Below, in pieces: positions 10,458-19,184 of a DNA stretch of 64,000 bases. How positions within the stretch are numbered: position 1 is the stretch's first letter; every line of letters starts with the position of its first letter. This DNA comes from Patescibacteria group bacterium (lineage in GTDB: Bacteria > Patescibacteriota > Microgenomatia > UBA1400 > PJMF01). The position numbers and the translations under genes are program-made. The notes beneath the pieces are model-generated. The model saw nothing but the letters and a program-made list of their open reading frames with translations, was not told the DNA's origin and did not search any database. The stretch lies in contig JBMORP010000006.1 in the NCBI GenBank assembly GCA_049322655.1, positions 512,410-576,409 on the forward strand, in the 5' to 3' direction.

Positions 10458-11362
10458 AACTGTTCTTTCAAGAGTTTTCGGTAAGAAAAAACCATTGTTC
10501 TATGTCTAATCACTGACCAAATAATTTTGGGATAAAGAAAAAAATGACGATTTTTAAATAAAACTAACAAACTATAAAATTGTCCTAGTAATAAAAATGG
10601 CAAAAATAAAAAAATTTTAACTACAGACCAATGAGTTAATAAAATAAAAATTAAGTTTCTATAACCCCAAAATAACTGCTGAGCACTTCCTCTCTTGGCA
10701 GTAATTGAACCAAAATGAGTTAATAAATTTTTTTGATAAATAAAAACTTTTTTGTTTGCTTTTTTCAACCGCAAAGCTAATTCTAAATCCTCTGCATAAG
10801 CAAAAAAGAATTCTGCCAATAAAAAACCAAAAGAATTAAAACTCCAAGCAATAGTTTTTGCAGAAACAAAAAATGCCGTACCAACAAAATATGGATTATT
10901 AATATTAAGAGTTAAATTTGGTTTAGTTAGCCCAGTCATAAGATAATTCATCCCTAAACTTTGGGTACGACCATCACGGTCTTTTACCCCACAAGAAACT
11001 ATCGCTAGATTTTTTTTCAATTGGGGTAACATTTCAACAAAAAAATCTTGATCAACCAAAACATCATCATTACTGACTAAACACCAAGTTGCTTGCCTAA
11101 TTTTTGTGGCAAAAAATACTCCATCATTAACTGCTCCAGTAAAACCTTTATTCACTCTATTTTTAAGATGAAAAACATTGTTTTTACTTTTTTTTGGCAA
11201 AGAAAAATCAACGCCAGAAAATTGATTAAAAACAACAATAAACTCCAAATTGGTTTTGGCCAAGCTGGTTTTTTTCCAAGCCACCAAAAAACTTTTGATT
11301 GCTTCTTGATATAGAAGATTTGCTGGAGAATATAAAATTGGAATAATAACGGCTATTTTCAT
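10454..11362 (-). CDS. glycosyltransferase family 2
   Basis: NKGFTGAVNDG, NDD, FFAYAEDLEL. Confidence 0.88.
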   Translation of the reverse strand: MKIAVIIPILYSPANLLYQEAIKSFLVAWKKTSLAKTNLEFIVVFNQFSGVDFSLPKKSKNNVFHLKNRVNKGFTGAVNDGVFFATKIRQATWCLVSNDDVLVDQDFFVEMLPQLKKNLAIVSCGVKDRDGRTQSLGMNYLMTGLTKPNLTLNINNPYFVGTAFFVSAKTIAWSFNSFGFLLAEFFFAYAEDLELALRLKKANKKVFIYQKNLLTHFGSITAKRGSAQQLFWGYRNLIFILLTHWSVVKIFLFLPFLLLGQFYSLLVLFKNRHFFLYPKIIWSVIRHRTMVFSYRKLLKEQL

Positions 11363-12462
11363 TGGTAATTATTAATTAATTTTATAAGTGAGTTTTTGAA
11401 TTTTTTTTCAGAGAAAAAAGCCGCTCGATTTACACAGGCTTTTTTTGAAAACTTTTTCCGCTCGAACCTCATAAGAGCTTGAATTAAAGCTGCTTCTGTT
11501 CTTTCATAAAAAAACATCCCGACATTTTGGTTAAGCACTTCTTTTACTCCACCAGAATAAAAAGCTAATACCGGCACACCCAGGCTCAAAGCCTCCACCG
11601 GCACCAACCCAAAATCTTCTTCGATCGAGGCATAAACTAAACCATAAGCTTTAGAAAAAATTTCCGCTAACTGCTTGTCTTCAACGTAACCAAGAAACTT
11701 AATATTGGTGTTAGCAATTGATTTTAAATATTTTTTTTCTGCTCCTCTACCTACCACCACTAGTTTTTTATCCAACTGGTTAAAAGCCTTAATAATCAAG
11801 TCAATGCCTTTTTGCTTGGCTAATCTAGAGAAACAAACATAGTATTCTTTTTTTGTTGCTGGCTGGTTTACTTGTGAAAAACTAGAAATTGCAGGATAAA
11901 CAACTTTTGCCTCACGACGATAATATTTTTTGATCCTTTGTTTCACTTCTAAAGAATTAGCCACTAAAATATCTGGTCTTTGAGCAGCAATGAAATCTTT
12001 TTGACGAAGCCAAGACATTAGTGGCAATAATAAAATCTTAAAAAACTTATTTTGCAAAACTCTAGTTTCATTAAATTCAGCGTAAAGATACCTGGGAGGA
12101 GTATGAATGTAAGAAAGATGTAAACTAGCTGGTGAAGTAATTACTCCCTTAGAAGAAAAGGAGTGAGAAGAAGAAATTACCAAGTCATAACCTGATAAGT
12201 CAAGATTCTCCCAATATAAATATAAAAATGGTTTTAATAAAATCGAAGCTGAGTGAATAAAAGGAATGTGATTGAAAAAAGAAGAAAAAACTTTACCTGT
12301 AGTTTTACTTTGCAATACTTCTCGGTTGTTGGCTGACAGTAACGGCACAAAAACATCGGCTTTAGGAAACATTGTCACCAAAGTGAGTAACACTCGTTCA
12401 GCTCCACCATTCTCTATAAATACATCATGAATAATGGCAATTTTTTTATACTTTTTCGTCAT
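11359..12462 (-). CDS. glycosyltransferase family 4 (mannosyltransferase-like)
   Basis: GGAERV, YIHTPPRYLY, EDFGLVPVEA. Confidence 0.92.
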   Translation of the reverse strand: MTKKYKKIAIIHDVFIENGGAERVLLTLVTMFPKADVFVPLLSANNREVLQSKTTGKVFSSFFNHIPFIHSASILLKPFLYLYWENLDLSGYDLVISSSHSFSSKGVITSPASLHLSYIHTPPRYLYAEFNETRVLQNKFFKILLLPLMSWLRQKDFIAAQRPDILVANSLEVKQRIKKYYRREAKVVYPAISSFSQVNQPATKKEYYVCFSRLAKQKGIDLIIKAFNQLDKKLVVVGRGAEKKYLKSIANTNIKFLGYVEDKQLAEIFSKAYGLVYASIEEDFGLVPVEALSLGVPVLAFYSGGVKEVLNQNVGMFFYERTEAALIQALMRFERKKFSKKACVNRAAFFSEKKFKNSLIKLINNYQ

Positions 12463-13807
12463 AATATAATTTATAAATATGAGGCAGTAAGCCTCTAATA
12501 AAAAAGAACGTCATAAAGCCTTGTGCACCATAACCATTATCAGTAATACCATAAAGAATCCAAGTCCAAGAACTCAGACTAAATAAAAAATATTTTTTAA
12601 AACTTTCTTTGTTATCGCCTTTATAAAATAATTGAGTTAAAGCCATAAAATCATGTTTGATAAATACTGCTAACAACAATAAAAAAGTAATTAAACCATA
12701 AAGACCAGTGTCAGCTAACCTCTCAATAAAAACATTATGAATTCCAATTCCATGATCCACTTTAAAAGTATACTGCATGGTTCCATCGGAATAATATCTT
12801 CTAATTGGGAAGTCGCTTACAGTGTTGTAAGTATTGCCACCAGTACCAAAAATAGGAAAATGTCTAAAATTATTCAAAGCCGTTTGCCAATAGGTATAAC
12901 GCATGTCAATTGTTTCTTTATCTCTTTCCAATTGAGGCCTCAAAATTCTTTCTTCTAAATTAAAACCAAAATAAGTTTGGGTTACTAATAAGCCAAAAGC
13001 AGCAATCAACATGGCTGGCAATAACAATGAAACAAAAATTTTTCTAGAAAACAAAAAAGCAAAACAAAGAAAATGAAGAGCAATCACCAAAACATCAATT
13101 CTGTTATTACTAATAACAGCCGTCAAAATAGTAATCAGAATCATGAAATAAGATAGAATTTTTTGGTTAATAGAAGCTTTTTTTTCAACTAAAAAAACTG
13201 TTGTTAAAGGAAAAAGAATAATATAAGGACCAATACTTACATACTTACCATATTGCCTAATTTCTTCCAAAGCAAAAATTAGTCGATGATCTAAAAATAA
13301 AAAATAATAAATATTATCGACTGAATATCTAAAAATAATTGAAAAAAATGAAAAAGTGAAAGTTAGAAAAATAAAAGCGATACTCAAAAACAAAAATAAA
13401 TAAAGATGTTTTTTTTCTATTTTCACTCTAGATAAAACAAAAAATATTAAAGTTGCCATCAATGGATACCACAAGTGAAGGAGTGAACTGGCCAAATCTA
13501 AAGAGAAAGCTGCTGATAAAAAAAATGAAGATAAAAATAAAAGAAATACTAGATTATTTGTAACCAAATATTGGTTCTTTTTTTTATCTAATAACATCAA
13601 GCCAAACAACACTAAAGACAATGCTTTGGCAAAACCATGGGTAGCCTTGGGACCAGGAAAAACCCACCTAAAAGACTCAAAGTAACTAATAGAAAAAATT
13701 AAAAAAACCAAAGCAATTAAAATCGAAGCAAAATTTTTTTCAATAAACAAATCAATTAGCAATTGTTTACCAGAAACCAGCAGTTGTTGGTATTTTTTTA
13801 ATCTCAC
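12446..13807 (-). CDS. O-antigen ligase/polymerase (Wzy_C) family membrane protein
   Basis: Multi-TM; R..YW...FPIFGTG and IHNVFIERLADTG. Confidence 0.8.
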   Translation of the reverse strand: MRLKKYQQLLVSGKQLLIDLFIEKNFASILIALVFLIFSISYFESFRWVFPGPKATHGFAKALSLVLFGLMLLDKKKNQYLVTNNLVFLLFLSSFFLSAAFSLDLASSLLHLWYPLMATLIFFVLSRVKIEKKHLYLFLFLSIAFIFLTFTFSFFSIIFRYSVDNIYYFLFLDHRLIFALEEIRQYGKYVSIGPYIILFPLTTVFLVEKKASINQKILSYFMILITILTAVISNNRIDVLVIALHFLCFAFLFSRKIFVSLLLPAMLIAAFGLLVTQTYFGFNLEERILRPQLERDKETIDMRYTYWQTALNNFRHFPIFGTGGNTYNTVSDFPIRRYYSDGTMQYTFKVDHGIGIHNVFIERLADTGLYGLITFLLLLAVFIKHDFMALTQLFYKGDNKESFKKYFLFSLSSWTWILYGITDNGYGAQGFMTFFFIRGLLPHIYKLYYDEKV

Positions 13808-13835
13808 AAGATATAGAATACCCTAAGCTAACCAG

Positions 13836-14579
13836 ATGTCAAAACAAAATCATAAAGTTTACGATGCAGTTTTTTTTTCTCCTCATTTGGATGATGCTAT
13901 CTTCTCCTGTGGTGGACTAATCAACCAGCTAAGTCAAAAAAAAGATAAGATAGCGATAGTAAATATCTTCACCAAAGCCCAAGATTATAAAATCCAGACT
14001 GAGGCTATTAAAAATGAGTTAAAAAAAGCTGCTTATCAATCAGCAAAACAAATGTTTTTAACTAGAAAAAAACATGAAAAGAATATAGCTAATAAACTCA
14101 AAATAGATGTTTTTTGTTTAGATTTTATTGATGGTTTGTTTAGAAAAAATCAAAAAGATCAATTTATTTATGATAGTTATCAACGTCTTTTTTCTGGAGT
14201 AATTAGTCAAGATGATCAACTATTAATTAAAAAAATACAAGAAAAAATCTTTAGTTTTATTATTAACCAAACTAATAAAAAAACTGACCTTTATTTACCC
14301 ATCGGTCACGGAGGCCATGTTGATCACCTAATTATTAATCATGTTTTTAAAAATTTTAATAAAAACCACACCAATAATTTATTTTTCTGGCATGATATTC
14401 CTTATGCAAATAATATTAATCACCTCATTAAACTAGAAAAACCAAAAAAAATTATTAGCTTAAACAACAACCAAGCTAAACAAAAAAAACTTCTCTGCCA
14501 AGAATATAAAAAACAATACCAAGACGCAGAAAAAACTGCTTTCTCCACTATCAATTTCTATCAAGAAATTTTATTTTAA
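13836..14579 (+). CDS. PIG-L/LmbE family N-acetyl-sugar deacetylase
   Basis: SPHLDDAIFSCGG and HVDH metal-binding motifs. Confidence 0.9.
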   Translation: MSKQNHKVYDAVFFSPHLDDAIFSCGGLINQLSQKKDKIAIVNIFTKAQDYKIQTEAIKNELKKAAYQSAKQMFLTRKKHEKNIANKLKIDVFCLDFIDGLFRKNQKDQFIYDSYQRLFSGVISQDDQLLIKKIQEKIFSFIINQTNKKTDLYLPIGHGGHVDHLIINHVFKNFNKNHTNNLFFWHDIPYANNINHLIKLEKPKKIISLNNNQAKQKKLLCQEYKKQYQDAEKTAFSTINFYQEILF

Positions 14580-14582
14580 ACT

Positions 14583-15746
14583 ATGAAAGTGCTCATTCTC
14601 CACCAAGACATAGCCGGAGGCACTAAAAATGCCACCGAGGCTATTATTAAAGAGCTAAAAACTGAATTACGTAGTCACCAATTTATTGTCTATAAACAAC
14701 CAGATCCAATAATCAAAGGTAGATTGAGGTATACCAGACATTTAATTTGGTCAATTTGGGATTTTTATAGATACTTGAATAAAAGAAAGCTAAAAAATAT
14801 TGACCGAATTTATTTCAATATCTATTCATGTGCGGTGGCTAAATTTTTTTCTCAACATAAAAACACGCCTGCTTTTTTTCATTTTCATGGCAACCAAGAG
14901 TTTGTTAAGTCATTAAAATCAGAAACTAACAGATTTTTTATTGGGAAAATATACAACAAATTACTTGGGAAGATTGTCAATGAACTCCAAAGATTTGCTT
15001 TTTCTTACTCAGATAAGGTCTGTTTTGTATCAGCCTTTGCAAAAAATCAATTTCTTAAACAACAAAAAATGCAAGAATATTCTCATAAAACTATTGTTAT
15101 CCCCAATGGGGTTAATTTTGAAAAATTTTTCCCAATTGATAAATTAAAAAAACAAAAAATCCTAACCAAATTTAATTTTATTCAACCAAAAAACAAAATC
15201 ATTACTTACTCAGGCAGGATTGATGAAAAAAAAGGTATTGATAAAATTATTTTTGCTCTTAAAAAATATGATCACAACAATACTCATTTGTTTATTGTTC
15301 ATCCACAACCACGAGAAAACCAATCGATTCTTTATAAAAAATGGCTAGAACAAACAATCCAAACAAACAACTTAGAAAAAAATGTTCATTTTTTCGAAAA
15401 TCCAGCTGATATTACTTCTTTCTACAAAATTTCTGACTTAGTGATTTTACCTTCTGACCGAGAATATTTTTCTCTAGTTTTACTGGAAGCCTTTGCTTGT
15501 GGCACTCCTTTTATTGGCTCAAAAGTAGGCTTCATTCCAGAGTTTCTAAGAAAAATAGATAAAAGATTAATTTTAGAAAAAAATACTGCCCAGGAAATCA
15601 ATCAAAAACTTAAATGGTTTTTTGCTTTAAGTCATCAAGAAAAAACAAAAATTATTAAAAAAGGGCTTGAAGTTAGCCAACAATTTGATTGGAAAACAAC
15701 TTCCCACAAAATCTTCAATGAACTAAAAAAATTAACCAAAAACTAA
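14583..15746 (+). CDS. glycosyltransferase family 4
   Basis: VIPNGV, SGRIDEKKG, EYFSLVLLEAFACGTP. Confidence 0.9.
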   Translation: MKVLILHQDIAGGTKNATEAIIKELKTELRSHQFIVYKQPDPIIKGRLRYTRHLIWSIWDFYRYLNKRKLKNIDRIYFNIYSCAVAKFFSQHKNTPAFFHFHGNQEFVKSLKSETNRFFIGKIYNKLLGKIVNELQRFAFSYSDKVCFVSAFAKNQFLKQQKMQEYSHKTIVIPNGVNFEKFFPIDKLKKQKILTKFNFIQPKNKIITYSGRIDEKKGIDKIIFALKKYDHNNTHLFIVHPQPRENQSILYKKWLEQTIQTNNLEKNVHFFENPADITSFYKISDLVILPSDREYFSLVLLEAFACGTPFIGSKVGFIPEFLRKIDKRLILEKNTAQEINQKLKWFFALSHQEKTKIIKKGLEVSQQFDWKTTSHKIFNELKKLTKN

Positions 15747-16597
15747 TTAACCGGCTCTATTTCTGTAATTGCACCACTAACATTAACATTGTCGAATGGG
15801 AATAAAATAAAGAATCCCACCTTGAGTGGCTGGAACTCAGCAAAATAATCTATCCCCTCATAACGACTGGCTTTAACCTTGATTTTTAAAACCACATCAC
15901 TGCGCAGTTCATTGGTGGTAATTCTGCCAATACCACGGTCATCGTTGACCCAAACTTTGGCCACCTCAACATCGCTTTCAATAATCTCAGCCAAAACCTG
16001 ACCTTTATTATCAATCATTTTACTCCCCACCTTCATGGCTTCAGCATGCCAAGGCATGATTTCATAAAGACGTAAGGTAATAATTCTTTCTACATCTTCA
16101 CCCAAGTTACCTACTCCAGCAATGCTAATCACATTGGCATTAACATTGATATTACTAGGACTAACTTGAATAACTTTACCAATTTGCAAAGGCTCTCTTC
16201 TAAATCGATATTGATTAGATCTACCAGAGGGAGTAACCTTCAAGCGAACTTTCATCCATAGTCTTTTTCTCTCACCAAACTCAAAAGTACGAACATCCAA
16301 AACCTCAACTAAAACATTACCCTGAGGATCATACTCTACAGCCCCAGCTTGAATTGGATCGGCTAACCAGTATGGAGGATCTGGGTTATTCCACCACCAC
16401 TCACCACCAGAAGCAAATAGTTCTGCTTCAATATAAGTATCTTCCTGCAACAGCACCTTACCCACCAAAACAGCTAAAGTAACAAAAATAATGAAAAAAA
16501 GAGGTTTAAAAAGATCCCATTTACCAAATAACTTCCCATCTTGAGAAATAATCGGCGCCTTTTTATTTTTTTTAAAGATTTTAGAGAAAAACATCAT
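15743..16597 (-). CDS. membrane-anchored beta-rich protein with two repeats (DUF4330-like), WWW motif
   Basis: N-terminal TM, two similar halves each ending in PL.IG/PLKVG; paralog of 33968-34825. Confidence 0.6.
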   Translation of the reverse strand: MMFFSKIFKKNKKAPIISQDGKLFGKWDLFKPLFFIIFVTLAVLVGKVLLQEDTYIEAELFASGGEWWWNNPDPPYWLADPIQAGAVEYDPQGNVLVEVLDVRTFEFGERKRLWMKVRLKVTPSGRSNQYRFRREPLQIGKVIQVSPSNINVNANVISIAGVGNLGEDVERIITLRLYEIMPWHAEAMKVGSKMIDNKGQVLAEIIESDVEVAKVWVNDDRGIGRITTNELRSDVVLKIKVKASRYEGIDYFAEFQPLKVGFFILFPFDNVNVSGAITEIEPVN

Positions 16598-16598
16598 A

Positions 16599-17351
16599 TC
16601 AATTATTCTTAGTAACTTTGGAATAGATAATTCTTAAGAGCTCCCAGAACCAGAGTACTAAAAAAATGGGAATTTGCAAGAGATATCTTCTCCACAATCT
16701 TCTGGGTTCAGTAATCAACCTAAAAAACCACTCTAAACCCAATTGTCTCAACCACTGAGGGGCTTGTTGCTTATGACCTGAAATGAAATCAAAAGCTGCC
16801 CCCACTGGCATAATATAAGCTGGGTGATTTATAAAACCTCTTAGTCTGAGTGAAGCCTCTGCTTGTTTTTTCCCTCCTAAACTAAGCCAAATAAAGTCTG
16901 GTTTGTTTTGCTCTATTTGAGCAAAATATTCATTTTCTTCGTCAGTAGTTAACTCTCTAAAAGGAGGCGATATAACACCAACAAAATTAATTGCCGGATG
17001 TTTTTGCTTAATTTTTTTAACCAATTTTGCTAATACTTCATTAGTAGAGCCATAAAAAAAATGCTTATGATTAGTCTGGGCAGTTTTTTGTAAAACCATT
17101 TCCATAACGTCTGGACCATAGATTCTCTCAGCTATAGGATCTAGTAACTTCATTAACCAAACCATGGGCATTCCATCTGGTATTAAAAAATCAATTTTTT
17201 TTAAGGTTTGTTGGGGAATTTGTAAAAACTCATTCATTGACAAGGCCGTTACAATTTTCGCTTGATCACGTTTGGAAGCTAATAAAAAATCAGTAAATTG
17301 ATCAACACTGCTGGAAACAACTTTTAATGAAAAAATTTTAAGAAAATACAC
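16599..17351 (-). CDS. WecB/TagA/CpsF family glycosyltransferase (GT26)
   Basis: PDGMP, RIYGPD, VGAAFDF, APQWLRQLGLEWFFRLITEPRRLWRRY. Confidence 0.93.
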   Translation of the reverse strand: MYFLKIFSLKVVSSSVDQFTDFLLASKRDQAKIVTALSMNEFLQIPQQTLKKIDFLIPDGMPMVWLMKLLDPIAERIYGPDVMEMVLQKTAQTNHKHFFYGSTNEVLAKLVKKIKQKHPAINFVGVISPPFRELTTDEENEYFAQIEQNKPDFIWLSLGGKKQAEASLRLRGFINHPAYIMPVGAAFDFISGHKQQAPQWLRQLGLEWFFRLITEPRRLWRRYLLQIPIFLVLWFWELLRIIYSKVTKNN

Positions 17352-17658
17352 GATATTTAATTTTCTTTAAAAGGTTAATAACCGGGTTTATTTTTTTTGA
17401 GTCAGCCTGAATAAAACCCATTTTAATTGCTTCTTCTAACCATTGTTTAACATCTTTTTGGGCAACTGCTTTTTCCACCTTGTACTCAGTCATTACCCTA
17501 GCAATCAATTTTTCCAAAGTTTTTGGTTGATCAAGAGACAAAAAAATAAATGAAGCCAATTCATTTAAATAAAAAACATGTTTTCTGTCTGGAGAAATAA
17601 TCTTCACACCCTCTTCATCAGTATGAAAAACAAAACCACTGACTTTGGAGTAAAACAT
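17338..17658 (-). CDS. PqqD family / RiPP recognition element (RRE) protein
   Basis: Typical RRE pattern: beta strands, then FYLNELASFIF..LD.PKT...L......EY.V....A.KDV...L.....GFI. Confidence 0.85.
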   Translation of the reverse strand: MFYSKVSGFVFHTDEEGVKIISPDRKHVFYLNELASFIFLSLDQPKTLEKLIARVMTEYKVEKAVAQKDVKQWLEEAIKMGFIQADSKKINPVINLLKKIKYRVFS

Positions 17659-17679
17659 TTGTAAAATTTATCTCTTAGG

Positions 17680-17784
17680 TTAATACTTAAGAACAGCTCC
17701 AAAGGCCATTTTAACCTTAAGAGGCTTTTTATTGGTTTTCGGAGCAGAATAACCTCTTTTTTTTGATTTTTTCATATCTTTCAT
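17680..17784 (-). CDS. candidate RiPP precursor peptide MKDMKKSKKRGYSAPKTNKKPLKVKMAFGAVLKY (34 aa; below the ORF-track cutoff)
   Basis: Translated by hand: ATG 17784, TAA 17682-17680; GAGGGA 9 nt upstream; alternative ATGs at 17811 and 17775; YxxP motif; fills the gap between the QueC-like and PqqD genes. Confidence 0.7.
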   Translation of the reverse strand: MKDMKKSKKRGYSAPKTNKKPLKVKMAFGAVLKY

Positions 17785-17832
17785 AGCGATAAATCCCTCA
17801 GGATCAATCATACGGGAAAAAAACTACTGATG

Positions 17833-18771
17833 TCAAGCCTTCATCATTAGGTCTTTAGCTTGTTTTACTAACCTATAAATCAAGGTTTTGGGCCAATACT
17901 TGGTCGGATCTACATAACCTGCCACAGCAAACTCTCTTTGCCTGGATTCACAAGTTAAACATTTATTGCCACACTGATACCAACCACTCAAATAACAACT
18001 CCAGGTTTTCTCTAACGGTAACTTATTTTTCATTCCATAAGCAATTAAATCTGCTTTGGTCATAAAACTATTCATTTCCTTTTCAAAAGCAACCGAAGCA
18101 AAATTCCAATCCCACTCAGCCAAAGCTGAACAAATGCCAAGCATAGTGGTTCTCAAGGCAGTAAAAGTCTGACTAGGCACAGCCCGACCATCACCTACAG
18201 CAACAGTACAAAAAACGTGTTTAATATCAAGTTTTTGGGTGTAATACAACTCTTTAGCATAATTAACTCCAAAAAAAGCAAATAAATAAGGAGTGGTGCC
18301 AAAAATATCAATATGAGAGATACCTTTCTTACCCAAATTTTCAAGTAAAAATGAAGGATGAAGTTTTGTCTCAATATTCTTAGCTAAACTTTCCATTTCT
18401 TTAGTTGGTAGGGCTGTTGTATATTCTTTGGGCTGATGAAATTTACCTTGAGGAAAAATCTTTTGATAAAACTTGGTAAAATAATCTACAGCCGCTTTTT
18501 CTTTTTTCCAACGCTTGGTTCCTCGGTGTAAATATAGTGGGTAAACATCAAGCTTTTTAACAAAGGTTAAATAATGCCAAGCCACCGTTGAATCTATCCC
18601 CCCAGAAAGTAATAGAACTACCGGTGTTCCTGGTTTTGGCTCTTTAAAAACATAACCTCTTTTTTTAAGAAAAAATTTTTCGACAGCTTGAATAGTTTGC
18701 CAATCTTCTAGTTTTCTTGATTTGATAAATTTTTTAAAATCTAGCAGATCTGTTTGTAATTTTTTTACCAT
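17833..18771 (-). CDS. QueC-like PP-loop ATP pyrophosphatase (divergent), paralog 1
   Basis: LLSGGIDST PP-loop; C-terminal TWSCY..x..QCGNKCLTC Zn cluster; the canonical VPxRN and YPDC motifs are absent. Confidence 0.85.
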   Translation of the reverse strand: MVKKLQTDLLDFKKFIKSRKLEDWQTIQAVEKFFLKKRGYVFKEPKPGTPVVLLLSGGIDSTVAWHYLTFVKKLDVYPLYLHRGTKRWKKEKAAVDYFTKFYQKIFPQGKFHQPKEYTTALPTKEMESLAKNIETKLHPSFLLENLGKKGISHIDIFGTTPYLFAFFGVNYAKELYYTQKLDIKHVFCTVAVGDGRAVPSQTFTALRTTMLGICSALAEWDWNFASVAFEKEMNSFMTKADLIAYGMKNKLPLEKTWSCYLSGWYQCGNKCLTCESRQREFAVAGYVDPTKYWPKTLIYRLVKQAKDLMMKA

Positions 18772-19184
18772 AATAAATTTTTTATTTTTTTCATTATTTT
18801 ATATCTAAATACTCTGTATTTGAAAAACCTCAAAAAATAAATTCTTTGAAAAAACAGTTTATCTAAAAATATAAATAACTTCTCTTTTGCCTTACCCAAA
18901 ACTATGACTTTTTTACCAGAAAAAACAATCTGAGCAATGCCTTCTATTTGAGAAAAACTAATTTTTTGCAGTTCAAAAGCATTATCACCTTTTAAAAAAA
19001 TATCTTTACCAGTTTTCTTAATAATTCGGTGTAAAACTTTTTTATTCTTATCACTAAATAAAATTAAACTTCCTGACTGTGGATCACTCTTATCAAATGA
19101 TTTAGTAATTAAAACAATATCTTCTACTTCTATTTGTGGAGCCATACTGTCAGAAACTAATTTATAGTAAAAATTTTTCTTCAT
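18765..19184 (-). CDS. S24/S26-family peptidase (signal-peptidase-like, no N-terminal membrane anchor)
   Basis: SDSMAP (catalytic Ser), VLHRII, KGDN motifs. Confidence 0.85.
   Translation of the reverse strand: MKKNFYYKLVSDSMAPQIEVEDIVLITKSFDKSDPQSGSLILFSDKNKKVLHRIIKKTGKDIFLKGDNAFELQKISFSQIEGIAQIVFSGKKVIVLGKAKEKLFIFLDKLFFQRIYFLRFFKYRVFRYKIMKKIKNLLW

Noticed and set aside
17680-17784. Classical lasso peptide
   Set aside because: No Asp/Glu acceptor in the putative core, no Thr at -2, no transglutaminase-like B2 and no asparagine-synthetase-like cyclase.
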